The notes: generated by a model from the letters alone, not told the origin. DNA of 60,887 nt from Candidatus Limnocylindrales bacterium (GCA_035540715.1 DATLGA010000095.1:1-60887), one strand, 5' to 3'; counted from the stretch's first letter, positions 45,812 through 54,566 are shown. Translations and numbers: made by a program.

Positions 45812-47493
45812 CAGCCCGATGCCTCTCGAGCGCGCGGGCTCCGCCTGCGGGCGGAGCGTCCAGCCGATGCCGTCGAAGCCGCCGGCACCGGACGCTGGCC
45901 GGGGTCGAGCCCGTCGTCGCTCACCGGCAGATGCGGCAGGCCGTCCCGCGCCCGCTCGTGGAGCCGGTACACCTCCTCGAGGCCGTCCGGCGGCACGCTG
46001 TCGGCGTAGACGGTGCAGAAGACGTCGACGACGTGCGGGTCGAACTGCGTGCCGGCGTGGCGGCGCAGCTCGGCCAGGGCCTCCTCGTGCGCGAGGGCCC
46101 CGCTGTACGGCCGCTCGTGAACCATCGCGTGGTAGGCGTCGGCCACCGCGACGATGCGCGCGCCGAGCGGGATCTCGTTGCCGCGGAGGCCGTGCGGGTA
46201 CCCGGCGCCGTTGAAGTGCTCGTGGTGATGGAGCACGACCGGGATGGCGTCGCGGAGGCTCGAGGCCTGCTCGAGGATCACCTGCCCGATGCGCGGGTGC
46301 TCGCCGATCGCCTGCCACTCGGCGTCGGACAGGGTCGCCGGCTTGTCGAGAATCGACTCCGGAATGGCGATCTTGCCCAGGTCGTGGAGGAGCGACGCAA
46401 TCCGGATGCGCTCGATCTCCTCGTGCGGCAGGCCCATCTCGAGCCCGATCCCGGTCGCCAGCGAGGCGATCATGTCGGATGGACGGCCGCGATGGTGGGG
46501 TTGGGGGGCCAGCACCGATGCAAGCGCCCGGGTCGCCGTGTCGCTCGCCCAGCGGCCGATGGCCGTCGCCTGCGCACGACGATCCGCCGAGATCGGCGCG
46601 CGCCGCACCGGCGCCTCCTCGTCGAGGTCGCGAAACACGTAGGTGCGGTTGCGCCCCAGCGACTTCGCCGCGTACATCGCCGCATCGGCGCGGTCCACCA
46701 GCATGTCCAGCTGGAGCTCGCTGCCGTGGCCGCCGGCGATCCCAACGCTGATCGTGACCTGGATCTCTCGCTCCTCGGCGATGCGCAGGGGCTCGGCCAT
46801 GACGACGCCGCGCAGGTCCTCGGCCAGCCCGACGGCATCCTGGGGAAGCGTCTCGGGGAGGATGAGCATGAACTCCTCACCGCCGTACCGCCCGAACGTG
46901 TCCGAGGCTCGGACCGAGTTGGCGATGAGGCGGGCGACCTGCCGGAGCACCGCGTCGCCGGAATTGTGCCCATAGGTGTCGTTGATCGGCTTGAATCGGT
47001 CGATGTCGATGAAGGCGACGCTGAGCGGCTTGGCGTGGCGGACCGCTCGCTCGACCTCGGCGGTGAGCGTGGCGAGCAGCGTCTCGCGGTTCGGGACTCC
47101 CGTGAGGCGGTCGCGGGTCGCACGGACCTCCGTCTGGAGGAAGGCGCCGCTCGCCTGGTTGAACGCCCGAGCGAGCCGTCGCTCGGCCGGGATGCCGCCG
47201 ACGCGCAGCTGAACCGGGGTGTCGGTCTCGAGCGTCCGCTCCAGGGCGTGCGCGATCCGGTTGAGGCGCCAGCCCACGTAGCTCCAGGCCAGCAGCGCCA
47301 TCGTCGTCATGCCGGCCGCGACCGCGATCGCGAGGACGAGGGCGAGGGTCGGGCGCTCCGCCGGGGTCGCCTGCACGGTGACGGCCAGGGCGATGGTGAC
47401 GAGTGCCGCCACGGCGATCGGTGCCATGAAGCCGAGGGCACGGACGAAGGTCAGCACGTCGACAGCATGCCCCGGGGGTCCTGTCAGCACCAT
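45811..47493 (-). CDS. membrane-bound diguanylate cyclase (GGDEF) fused to an HD-GYP phosphodiesterase domain
   Basis: Start moved to ATG 47493. Two N-terminal TM segments. GGDEF domain with I-site RASD and active-site GGEEF. HD-GYP domain with ..LLHDLGK.. and ..HHEHFNGAGYP.. Confidence 0.88.
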   Translation of the reverse strand: MVLTGPPGHAVDVLTFVRALGFMAPIAVAALVTIALAVTVQATPAERPTLALVLAIAVAAGMTTMALLAWSYVGWRLNRIAHALERTLETDTPVQLRVGGIPAERRLARAFNQASGAFLQTEVRATRDRLTGVPNRETLLATLTAEVERAVRHAKPLSVAFIDIDRFKPINDTYGHNSGDAVLRQVARLIANSVRASDTFGRYGGEEFMLILPETLPQDAVGLAEDLRGVVMAEPLRIAEEREIQVTISVGIAGGHGSELQLDMLVDRADAAMYAAKSLGRNRTYVFRDLDEEAPVRRAPISADRRAQATAIGRWASDTATRALASVLAPQPHHRGRPSDMIASLATGIGLEMGLPHEEIERIRIASLLHDLGKIAIPESILDKPATLSDAEWQAIGEHPRIGQVILEQASSLRDAIPVVLHHHEHFNGAGYPHGLRGNEIPLGARIVAVADAYHAMVHERPYSGALAHEEALAELRRHAGTQFDPHVVDVFCTVYADSVPPDGLEEVYRLHERARDGLPHLPVSDDGLDPGQRPVPAASTASAGRSARRRSPRAREASG

Positions 47494-47678
47494 GGCTCGA
47501 TGGTCCCGAGGTGCGCGCGGGCATCGCCGTCCCGGAGTCCCGACACGCCGGAGTGCGGAGCGGTGCAGTACTCGTGCGGTACCTCCGGCGAGACGTGCGG
47601 CGGGCGGGCGTGCCACCACCCCGGCCGGGGCTATGATGGACCGGTGCCCGGCCTGCACCGACCCGCCTGAACCGCTCC

Positions 47679-49166
47679 GTGCGACCCCGTCCCGGACCTC
47701 CGCACGTCGCGCCGGGTGAGGCGCTGCCGCTCTACGAGCCGCACGGGCCGCGCGAGGAGTGCGGAGTCGTCGGCATCTGGGCCCCATCGGCCCCGGTGGC
47801 GCGACTGGCGTACCTCGGGCTCCACGCGCTCCAGCACCGTGGCCAGGAGTCGGCCGGCATCGCGGTCGGTGACGGCGCACGCCTGAGCCTTCACAAGCGG
47901 CTCGGGTTGGTGACCGCCGTCTTCGACGAGGAGACGCTCGATCGCCTCGAGGGACGCGACGCGGACGAAGCCGCGCCGCGGGCCGCGATCGGGCACACGC
48001 GCTACAGCACCACCGGCTCGAACACCCTGCCGAACGTCCAGCCGGTCTACGCGCAGACCGATCGGGGCGAGCTCATGCTCGGCCACAACGGCAACCTGAC
48101 CAACGCCCGGTGGCTGCGCGACGAGCTCACCGAGCAGGGCGTCGAGTTCGCGTCGGCGTCGGACACGGAGGTGCTCGCCAAACTGATCGCGCATGCCCCC
48201 GGGCGCTCCTGGGCGCAGCGGGTCGACCACGCGTTCCATCGCGCGACCGGCGCCTACACGTTCACGATGCTCACCGCCGATGCGCTGGTCGCTGCGCGCG
48301 ACCCGGTCGGCTTCCGCCCGATGGCGCTCGGACGCCTCCCCGGCGGTGGCTGGGCCGTCGCCTCGGAGAGCGCGGCGCTCGACGCGATGGGTGCGCAGTT
48401 CGTGCGTGACATCGAGGCCGGCGAGGTCCTGACGATCGACACCGAGGGAGTGCATTCGCACCGATCGTCGCGCGCCACGCCGTCGCGGGAGCGGCTCTGC
48501 ATCTTCGAATTCGTGTACCTCGCCAGGCCCGACAGCGTGATGGAGGGGCGGCTCCTCTACGAGGCGCGGCTCGAGATGGGCCGGGTGCTGGCGCGCGAGC
48601 AGCCGGCCGACGCCGACCTCGTCATCGCGGTGCCGGACTCCGCCGTTCCGGCGGCCATCGGCTATGCCGAGGAGGCCGGCCTGCCGTACCGGGAGGGGCT
48701 CATGAAGTCCCGCTACGTCGGCCGGACCTTCATCCAGCCCGCGCAGCGGAGCCGCGAGGCCGCGGTGCGGCTGAAGTTCAATCCGCTGCCGGAGCTCCTG
48801 TCCGGCAGGCGCGTCGTGGTGGTGGACGACTCGATCGTGCGCGGAACGACGACCGGCCCGATCGTCGAGATGCTGCGCCGCGCCGGCGCGGCCGAGGTGC
48901 ACGTGCGGATCCACTCGCCGCAGATGAAGTACCCCTGCTACATGGGCGTCGACACGGGGCGTCGCGACGAGCTGATCGCCGCGACGCACACGACCGACGA
49001 GATCCGCCGGGCGATCGGCGCGGACAGCCTCGGCTACCTCTCGAAGGAGGGGCTTCTCGCCGCCGTCGGCGGCCGCACCGAGGCCCGCTGCACCGCGTGC
49101 TTCGACGGCTCCTATCCGACCGACGTCCCACTCGAGCTCGACAAGCTGGCCATGGAGCGGCGCTGA
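47679..49166 (+). CDS. purF: amidophosphoribosyltransferase
   Basis: ..EECGVVGIW.. (N-terminal nucleophile Cys after a propeptide) and PRTase motif ..VVVVDDSIVRGTT... The start (GTG 47679) is uncertain and no clear RBS was seen. Confidence 0.9.
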   Translation: MRPRPGPPHVAPGEALPLYEPHGPREECGVVGIWAPSAPVARLAYLGLHALQHRGQESAGIAVGDGARLSLHKRLGLVTAVFDEETLDRLEGRDADEAAPRAAIGHTRYSTTGSNTLPNVQPVYAQTDRGELMLGHNGNLTNARWLRDELTEQGVEFASASDTEVLAKLIAHAPGRSWAQRVDHAFHRATGAYTFTMLTADALVAARDPVGFRPMALGRLPGGGWAVASESAALDAMGAQFVRDIEAGEVLTIDTEGVHSHRSSRATPSRERLCIFEFVYLARPDSVMEGRLLYEARLEMGRVLAREQPADADLVIAVPDSAVPAAIGYAEEAGLPYREGLMKSRYVGRTFIQPAQRSREAAVRLKFNPLPELLSGRRVVVVDDSIVRGTTTGPIVEMLRRAGAAEVHVRIHSPQMKYPCYMGVDTGRRDELIAATHTTDEIRRAIGADSLGYLSKEGLLAAVGGRTEARCTACFDGSYPTDVPLELDKLAMERR

Positions 49167-49169
49167 GGC

Positions 49170-50201
49170 GTGGCGCGCACGTATCGGGAGGCCGGCGTCG
49201 ACGTGGCCGAGGCGCAGCGCGCGGTCGAGCGCATCGGCCAGGCTGCGGCGTCGACCGTCACGCCGGCGGTCCTCGGCGGCATCGGCGGCTTCGGCGGGCT
49301 CTTCCGCTTCGATCCATCCACCCACCCGGACCCGGTGCTCGTCTCGAGCACGGACGGCGTCGGCACGAAGCTCAAGGTCGCCATCGCACTTCGGCGGCAC
49401 GACACCATCGGCGTCGACCTCGTCAACGCGTGCGTCAATGACATCGCGGTCACCGGCGCCGATCCACTGTTCTTCCTCGACTACCTGGCCGTCGGCGATT
49501 TGCGTGCCGATGTCGTCTCGGAGATCGTCACCGGCGTGGCGGCCGGGTGCGCGGCGGCCGGGATCCCGCTCATCGGCGGCGAGACGGCCGAGATGCCCGA
49601 CCTGTACCGCGAAGACGACTACGACCTCGCGGGCTTCGTCGTCGGCGTCGTGTCGCGAGTCGACCTCATCGACGGCTCGCACGTGCGTCCGGGCGATGCG
49701 GTGATCGGGCTGCCGTCGACCGGGCTGCACACCAACGGGTACACCCTCGCGCGGCGCGTCCTTCCGGAGGACACCTGGACCCGGCCGATGCCCGATTCCG
49801 AAGAGACGGTCGGAGATGCGCTCCTGGCGCCCCATCGGTCGTACCTGGACGACCTTCGCAGCCTGCGCGCCGCCCTCCGTGCAGCCGGCGGTGACCTGGC
49901 CGCGCTCGCGCACCTGACCGGCGGCGGATGGGAGGGCAACGTCCCGCGCACGCTCCCCGACGGGCTCGGAGTCGAGATCGAGACCGGCTCGTGGCCGGTG
50001 CCGCCGATCTTCAGCCTCATCCAGCGCTGTGGCGACATCGCCGACGCCGAGATGGTCCGCACCTTCAACGTCGGCATCGGCATGACCGCGGTCGTCGATG
50101 CCGACCTCGTCGACGTGGCGCTCGAGGCCGTTGCCGATGCGCGACGCATCGGGACGGTGGTCGAGATGCCGGACGGCGAACCGCGCGTCCGCTTCGGATG
50201 A
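49170..50201 (+). CDS. purM: phosphoribosylformylglycinamidine cyclo-ligase
   Basis: MARTYREAGVDV......DGVGTKL......DLVN.CVNDI...GA.PLFFLDY. Confidence 0.93.
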   Translation: MARTYREAGVDVAEAQRAVERIGQAAASTVTPAVLGGIGGFGGLFRFDPSTHPDPVLVSSTDGVGTKLKVAIALRRHDTIGVDLVNACVNDIAVTGADPLFFLDYLAVGDLRADVVSEIVTGVAAGCAAAGIPLIGGETAEMPDLYREDDYDLAGFVVGVVSRVDLIDGSHVRPGDAVIGLPSTGLHTNGYTLARRVLPEDTWTRPMPDSEETVGDALLAPHRSYLDDLRSLRAALRAAGGDLAALAHLTGGGWEGNVPRTLPDGLGVEIETGSWPVPPIFSLIQRCGDIADAEMVRTFNVGIGMTAVVDADLVDVALEAVADARRIGTVVEMPDGEPRVRFG

Positions 50202-50211
50202 GCCGGCTCGC

Positions 50212-50805
50212 GTGACGCTGGGGGTGCTCGTCTCCGGGCGGGGCAGCAACCTCGAAGCGATCCTCGGCGCCGGGCTTCCAGTCTCGATCGTCATCAGCAA
50301 CCGGCCGGGCGTCCGCGCCCTGGAGATCGCGGCCGCACACGCGGTCCCGACGCGGGTCTGCCGGCGCTCGGGGTTCCCCGACGCCGATGCGCGCGACCGC
50401 GCGATCGGCCAGGCGCTGACCGATGCGGGCGTCGAGCTCGCCGTCCTGGCCGGCTACGACCAGCTGCTTCGGACGGCCTACTTCGGTGCCTTCGAGGGCC
50501 GGACCATCAACATCCACCCCAGCCTGCTACCGGCGCACGGGGGGCGCGGCATGGTCGGCATGGCGGTGCATCGATCGGTCCTCGCAGCGGGCGAGCCCGT
50601 GACCGGCGTGACGATTCACGAGGTGACGCCCCAGCTCGACGCTGGGGCGATCCTGGCCCAGGTGCGTGTTCCCGTCGCACGAGGCGAGGACGCCGAGGGC
50701 CTGGCAGCGCGGGTCCTGGAGGCCGAGCATCGGCTGCTCGTCGCCACCCTAAAGGAGCTTCTCCCGACGGTTGCGCCATCCGCCGCCCGGCATGATGCGT
50801 GCTAG
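50212..50805 (+). CDS. purN: phosphoribosylglycinamide formyltransferase
   Basis: Start moved to GTG 50212 (VTLGVLVSGRGSNLEAI). ..NIHPSLLP...G......VTGVTIHEV...LDAG.I.. Confidence 0.9.
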   Translation: MTLGVLVSGRGSNLEAILGAGLPVSIVISNRPGVRALEIAAAHAVPTRVCRRSGFPDADARDRAIGQALTDAGVELAVLAGYDQLLRTAYFGAFEGRTINIHPSLLPAHGGRGMVGMAVHRSVLAAGEPVTGVTIHEVTPQLDAGAILAQVRVPVARGEDAEGLAARVLEAEHRLLVATLKELLPTVAPSAARHDAC

Positions 50806-50886
50806 CATGCCCGCGGGCGCCGAGGCGCCCGTCCGCGCGTAGCACCGCAGCGCACACCCCCCGCAGGAGAGGCCAAGGACAGCTCG

Positions 50887-51486
50887 ATGGACGCGATTCT
50901 CGAACCGATCGGTCAGTTCTGGGAGGGGTTCCTGAACAACCCGATCGTCCAGCTGGCGAGCCAGCTGATCGTGATCTACGTCGTGCTGCTGTGGCTCGGG
51001 ACGGCGTACTGGGCCTTCCGCGACATGCAGGCCCGCACCGAGAACCCGATCCTTCCGTACTTCGCGGCGGCGCTGATCATCTTCTTCACGCCGCTCCTCT
51101 TCGTGTTCGCGGTGGTGCTGTACCTCATCGTCCGTCCGCGGGAGACGCTCGCCGAGGTCTATGAGCGCTCGCTGGCCGAGGAGAGCCTGCTGGCCGAGGT
51201 CGAGAAGAACGAGCTCTGCCCGGTCTGCCGTGACCGCGTCGACGCCGACTGGCTGGTGTGCCCGAACTGCAGGACACGGCTCCACCGGGTCTGCCCATCG
51301 TGCAACCGGCTTGCGGAGCCGACCTGGCCGCTGTGCGCCTTCTGCGGTCGTGAGTTCGAGCGGGGTGGCGCCCGCGCGGCCTCCCGTGCCCGCGGGTCAC
51401 GAGAAGCCGAGCGGCAGAGCGGCGAGCCGGCATCCTCGGACGCCACCGCCGAGCATGGCCGTCTCCGCGGCGCCACGCACGGCTGA
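50887..51486 (+). CDS. membrane protein with two N-terminal TM helices and a C-terminal double zinc ribbon
   Basis: TM helices (LIVIYVVLLWLGTAYWAF and AALIIFFTPLLFVFAVVLYLIV), then CPVCRDRVDADWLVCPNCRTRLHRVCPSCNRLAEPTWPLCAFCG. Confidence 0.65.
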   Translation: MDAILEPIGQFWEGFLNNPIVQLASQLIVIYVVLLWLGTAYWAFRDMQARTENPILPYFAAALIIFFTPLLFVFAVVLYLIVRPRETLAEVYERSLAEESLLAEVEKNELCPVCRDRVDADWLVCPNCRTRLHRVCPSCNRLAEPTWPLCAFCGREFERGGARAASRARGSREAERQSGEPASSDATAEHGRLRGATHG

Positions 51487-51497
51487 CGCGCTCCGAG

Positions 51498-52493
51498 GTG
51501 GACCCCTCGGGGCCTGAACCGAGCTCCCTGCCCTCCGGGCCCCACCCGACCGCGGGCCCGGGCACGGTGCGGATGCCCCGATGGCCCGGACCGTTGCTCG
51601 TCGTCGGCGGCGGGCTCCTGGCACTGTTCGCCGTCGGGGCGTTGATGCTCGCCGGGACCGGAGAGCTGGTGGTCCGGAACCCGGGCCTTCTGGCCTGGCT
51701 TGCCCTCGGCGGCGCGCTCCTCTTCGTGGCCGGGCTCGTGTACAGCGCCGTCCGCCAGATTCGGGTGCGCCGGTTCCTGCCGCCGGAGCGGTATCGCGGC
51801 CCGGCGATCCTCCTCCTCCTGGTCCTCGTCCTGGTGCTGTCGGGCGTCCTCACGGCTCCCTTCAGCGAGGATGCCGCCGCGCTCCTGCTCGGCGACGGCG
51901 AGCTGACGCTGGCCGGCGCCTTCGTACTGCTCGTCTCGACGCAGACGTCGCTGCTGCTCGTCTCGTGGCTGTTCGTGTTCCGCCCCAAGGCCCTGATCGG
52001 ATGGCCGTCGTGGGCGGCGCCGAACGCGGGTGGCGCGCTCCGTGCCGGCCTCGGCTGGGGGCTGCTGGCCTGGGCGGGCGCCATGATCGTGTCGGCCGGC
52101 ATGGTCCTCCTGCTCGAGGAGCTCGGGATCGACATCGAGCCGCAGGCAGCCGAGCAGGCGCTCCAGCTGGTCGACCCGTGGCTGGCGATCCTCGCCATCG
52201 TGATCCTCGCGCCGCTGGCCGAGGAGATCTTCTTCCGCGGCGTCGTCTTCAACGCCTGGCTGCGCGAGGGCGGGCGCACGTGGGCCTACCTCGGCTCGTC
52301 GGCGCTCTTCGCCGTCATTCATCTCTCGCTCGTCGCGGTCGTGCCGATCTTCCTCCTCGGCCTGGCCCTGGCCTGGGTGTACCGGCGCACCGGCAACCTC
52401 CTCGCCCCGATCGCGATGCACGCGACGGTCAACGGGCTGTCGGTGACGCTGGCGCTGCTGGCCCGGTACCAGGTGGTCCCCCTGCCGGGCTGA
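51498..52493 (+). CDS. CPBP-family intramembrane glutamic endopeptidase (CAAX protease-like)
   Basis: Motifs APLAEEIFFRG, ..SSALFAVIH.. and ..IAMHATVN... An alternative start is at 51573. Confidence 0.8.
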   Translation: MDPSGPEPSSLPSGPHPTAGPGTVRMPRWPGPLLVVGGGLLALFAVGALMLAGTGELVVRNPGLLAWLALGGALLFVAGLVYSAVRQIRVRRFLPPERYRGPAILLLLVLVLVLSGVLTAPFSEDAAALLLGDGELTLAGAFVLLVSTQTSLLLVSWLFVFRPKALIGWPSWAAPNAGGALRAGLGWGLLAWAGAMIVSAGMVLLLEELGIDIEPQAAEQALQLVDPWLAILAIVILAPLAEEIFFRGVVFNAWLREGGRTWAYLGSSALFAVIHLSLVAVVPIFLLGLALAWVYRRTGNLLAPIAMHATVNGLSVTLALLARYQVVPLPG

Positions 52494-52563
52494 TCGGCGG
52501 CACCGGACCGGGTAAGCCGGCGGTAAGCGGCCGGTCATCGCGTCCGCGGTAGGCTCCCGGCCG

Positions 52564-53271
52564 ATGACCGCTGACGCCCTGCCGATCTCGCTGCCCCACC
52601 GTCGCGTCCGCGCCGCGGTCGATGGCCGTCTGGAGCGCCTGGGCGCCGATGCCTGCGACGACGAGGAGCTCGTCGCGATCCTCCTTGGTGCCGGGCCGGC
52701 CGCGCGCAGGACCGCCCGTCGCCTCCTGGACCGATTCGGCTCGCTCGGCGGCCTGGCGATGGCGCATCCGGCCGAGCTGCGGCTCGCCGGCGTGGCTTCC
52801 TCGAGCGCGCCGCGCGTGGTCGCCGCCGCGGAGCTGGGGCGGCGGCTGGCGCGCACGCCACCGAGCGACCCGTGGCTGATCCGGACGCCAGCAGACGCCG
52901 CTGAGCCGCTCGTCGACGCCATGGGCTCCCTCGAGCGGGAGGAGCTGCGCGTCCTCCTGCTCGACACGAAGAACGTCGTGACGGCGCAGCGCGACGTCTA
53001 CCGCGGCAACCTGGCCGGCTCGTCGGTCCGCGTTGGCGAGGTGTTCCGCGACGCGGTGCGCGCGTGCGCGGCGGCGATCATCGTGGCGCACAACCACCCC
53101 AGCGGGGATCCGGCGCCGTCGGGCGAGGACCTGCGGATCACCACGGAGCTGGCCGATGCCGGCCGGCTGCTCGACATCGAGCTGCTCGACCACCTCGTCA
53201 TCGGTCGCGGCCGCTGGACGAGCCTGCGAGCCCTCGGCGCGCTCGGTCAGTCGTCGGCGACGATGCGGTAG
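52564..53271 (+). CDS. radC: RadC-family JAB/MPN domain protein
   Basis: ..ELVAILLG.G......A..LL..FGSL..L.......L and the JAMM motif ..IIVAHNHPSGDPAPSGED...T..L. Confidence 0.88.
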   Translation: MTADALPISLPHRRVRAAVDGRLERLGADACDDEELVAILLGAGPAARRTARRLLDRFGSLGGLAMAHPAELRLAGVASSSAPRVVAAAELGRRLARTPPSDPWLIRTPADAAEPLVDAMGSLEREELRVLLLDTKNVVTAQRDVYRGNLAGSSVRVGEVFRDAVRACAAAIIVAHNHPSGDPAPSGEDLRITTELADAGRLLDIELLDHLVIGRGRWTSLRALGALGQSSATMR

Positions 53272-54533
53272 ACCGTTCCGTTCGAGAGATCGGCCAGGTA
53301 CAGCTCGCCGTCGGCATCTTCGCCGAACGTGCTCACCGCGGCATCCGTGTCGAGCAGCTCGCGCGGCGGCGTCAGCTCCGTCACGTCCGACGGGATGCCG
53401 AACACGCTGCCGGTGCAGTAGTCGGCGAACAGATACCAGCCGGCCAGCTCCGGCAGGGCGGCGCCGCGGTACACGTATCCGCCGGTGATCGAGCAGCCCA
53501 GGTCGCGCCCGTACTCGCTCACCGGAAGGATGAGCCCGTCGCTCGAGCACCCCGCGTCGGCATAGCAGTGCGAGGCCTCCATCACGTTCCATCCGAGGTT
53601 GCCGCCCGAGTCGGTGACCGGGTCCACTCGGTTGACCTCCTCCCACGCGTTCTGCCCGACGTCGGCGATCCACAGCTCGCCGGTGAGCCGGTCGAAGCTG
53701 AAGCGCCACGGGTTGCGCAGGCCGTAGAGGTACACCTCCGGGGCGCCTCCGCCGCGCGCGAACGGATTGTCGTCCGGGATCGCGTAGCCGTCCGCCGCGT
53801 CCACGTCGAGCCGCAGGATCGCGCCGAGCACCGTCCCGGGATCCTGGCCGTGGCCGAGCGGGTCGCCGCCCGAACCCCCGTCGCCGAGCCCGAGCCACAG
53901 GCGTCCGTCGGGCCCGAAGACGAGCTGGCCACCGTTGTGGTTGGCGTACGGCTGATCGACCCGCAGGAGCACCCGCTCCGACCCGGCGTCGAAGCGCGGC
54001 GACCCGTCCTCGGCCACCTCGCCCGCGAGCTCGGCAAGGATCGTGTGGCCGTCGCGGTCGCTGTAGTGGACGAACGCACGTGGCGTGTCCGGCCACTCCG
54101 GATGGAGCGCGAGCCCGAGAAGCCCCTGCTCGCCCTGGCCCCGCACGCGGTCCGCCAGGCTCGCCGCCTCGACCACGTTGCCCGAGCCCGGGTCGAGCGC
54201 CACGATCCTGCCCGCCCGCTCGGTCACCAGCAGCCACCCGCCGGGTGCGGCGATGAGGTTCGTGGGTGCCTGCAGCCCGGCGGCCACGGCGTCGAGCGCC
54301 AGCGGGGGCGGGTCGTCGGCGATCGGCGCCGGCGGGCCGGCCGCGGGCTCGGACGGTGGCGCGGTCGCGTCGGGCGACGTGCCGGGACCGGCCGGCGTGG
54401 CAATGGCCGGGGTGGGAGACGCCTGCTGCGGCGTTCGGGCAGGCGGTCCGGACGGTGGCGTGCCGCATGCAGCGAGGATCAGGCCCATGAGCACGATCAC
54501 GAGCCCGCCGTGGGGCAGCTTCATCGGCGACAT
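53247..54533 (-). CDS. PQQ-dependent (soluble glucose/sorbosone) sugar dehydrogenase-like lipoprotein
   Basis: This is the real 3' part of the 1180-aa track ORF. Signal and lipobox ..LVIVLMGLILAAC, then beta-propeller blocks ..GLLGLALHP..., ..NHNGGQLVFGPDGRLW.GLGDGG..., ..GLRNPWRFSFD...G.LWIADVGQN.WEE.N... The start is ATG 54533 or 54524. Confidence 0.8.
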   Translation of the reverse strand: MSPMKLPHGGLVIVLMGLILAACGTPPSGPPARTPQQASPTPAIATPAGPGTSPDATAPPSEPAAGPPAPIADDPPPLALDAVAAGLQAPTNLIAAPGGWLLVTERAGRIVALDPGSGNVVEAASLADRVRGQGEQGLLGLALHPEWPDTPRAFVHYSDRDGHTILAELAGEVAEDGSPRFDAGSERVLLRVDQPYANHNGGQLVFGPDGRLWLGLGDGGSGGDPLGHGQDPGTVLGAILRLDVDAADGYAIPDDNPFARGGGAPEVYLYGLRNPWRFSFDRLTGELWIADVGQNAWEEVNRVDPVTDSGGNLGWNVMEASHCYADAGCSSDGLILPVSEYGRDLGCSITGGYVYRGAALPELAGWYLFADYCTGSVFGIPSDVTELTPPRELLDTDAAVSTFGEDADGELYLADLSNGTVYRIVADD

Positions 54534-54566
54534 TGTGGCCCGATCCTGTAGGGTTGCGCCACAGCC

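Noticed and set aside
47494-47678. ZTP/pfl or purine riboswitch upstream of purF. The same check was made upstream of purD (33855..34015) and upstream of the cyclodeaminase/folD pair (8360..8438).
   Set aside because: I could find no GGGTCGTGAC..GGCG / CCGCCTGGGC pseudoknot pair and no purine-aptamer junction. Only a short ccgcctga fragment is present. A TATGAT box at 47632 looks like an ordinary promoter.
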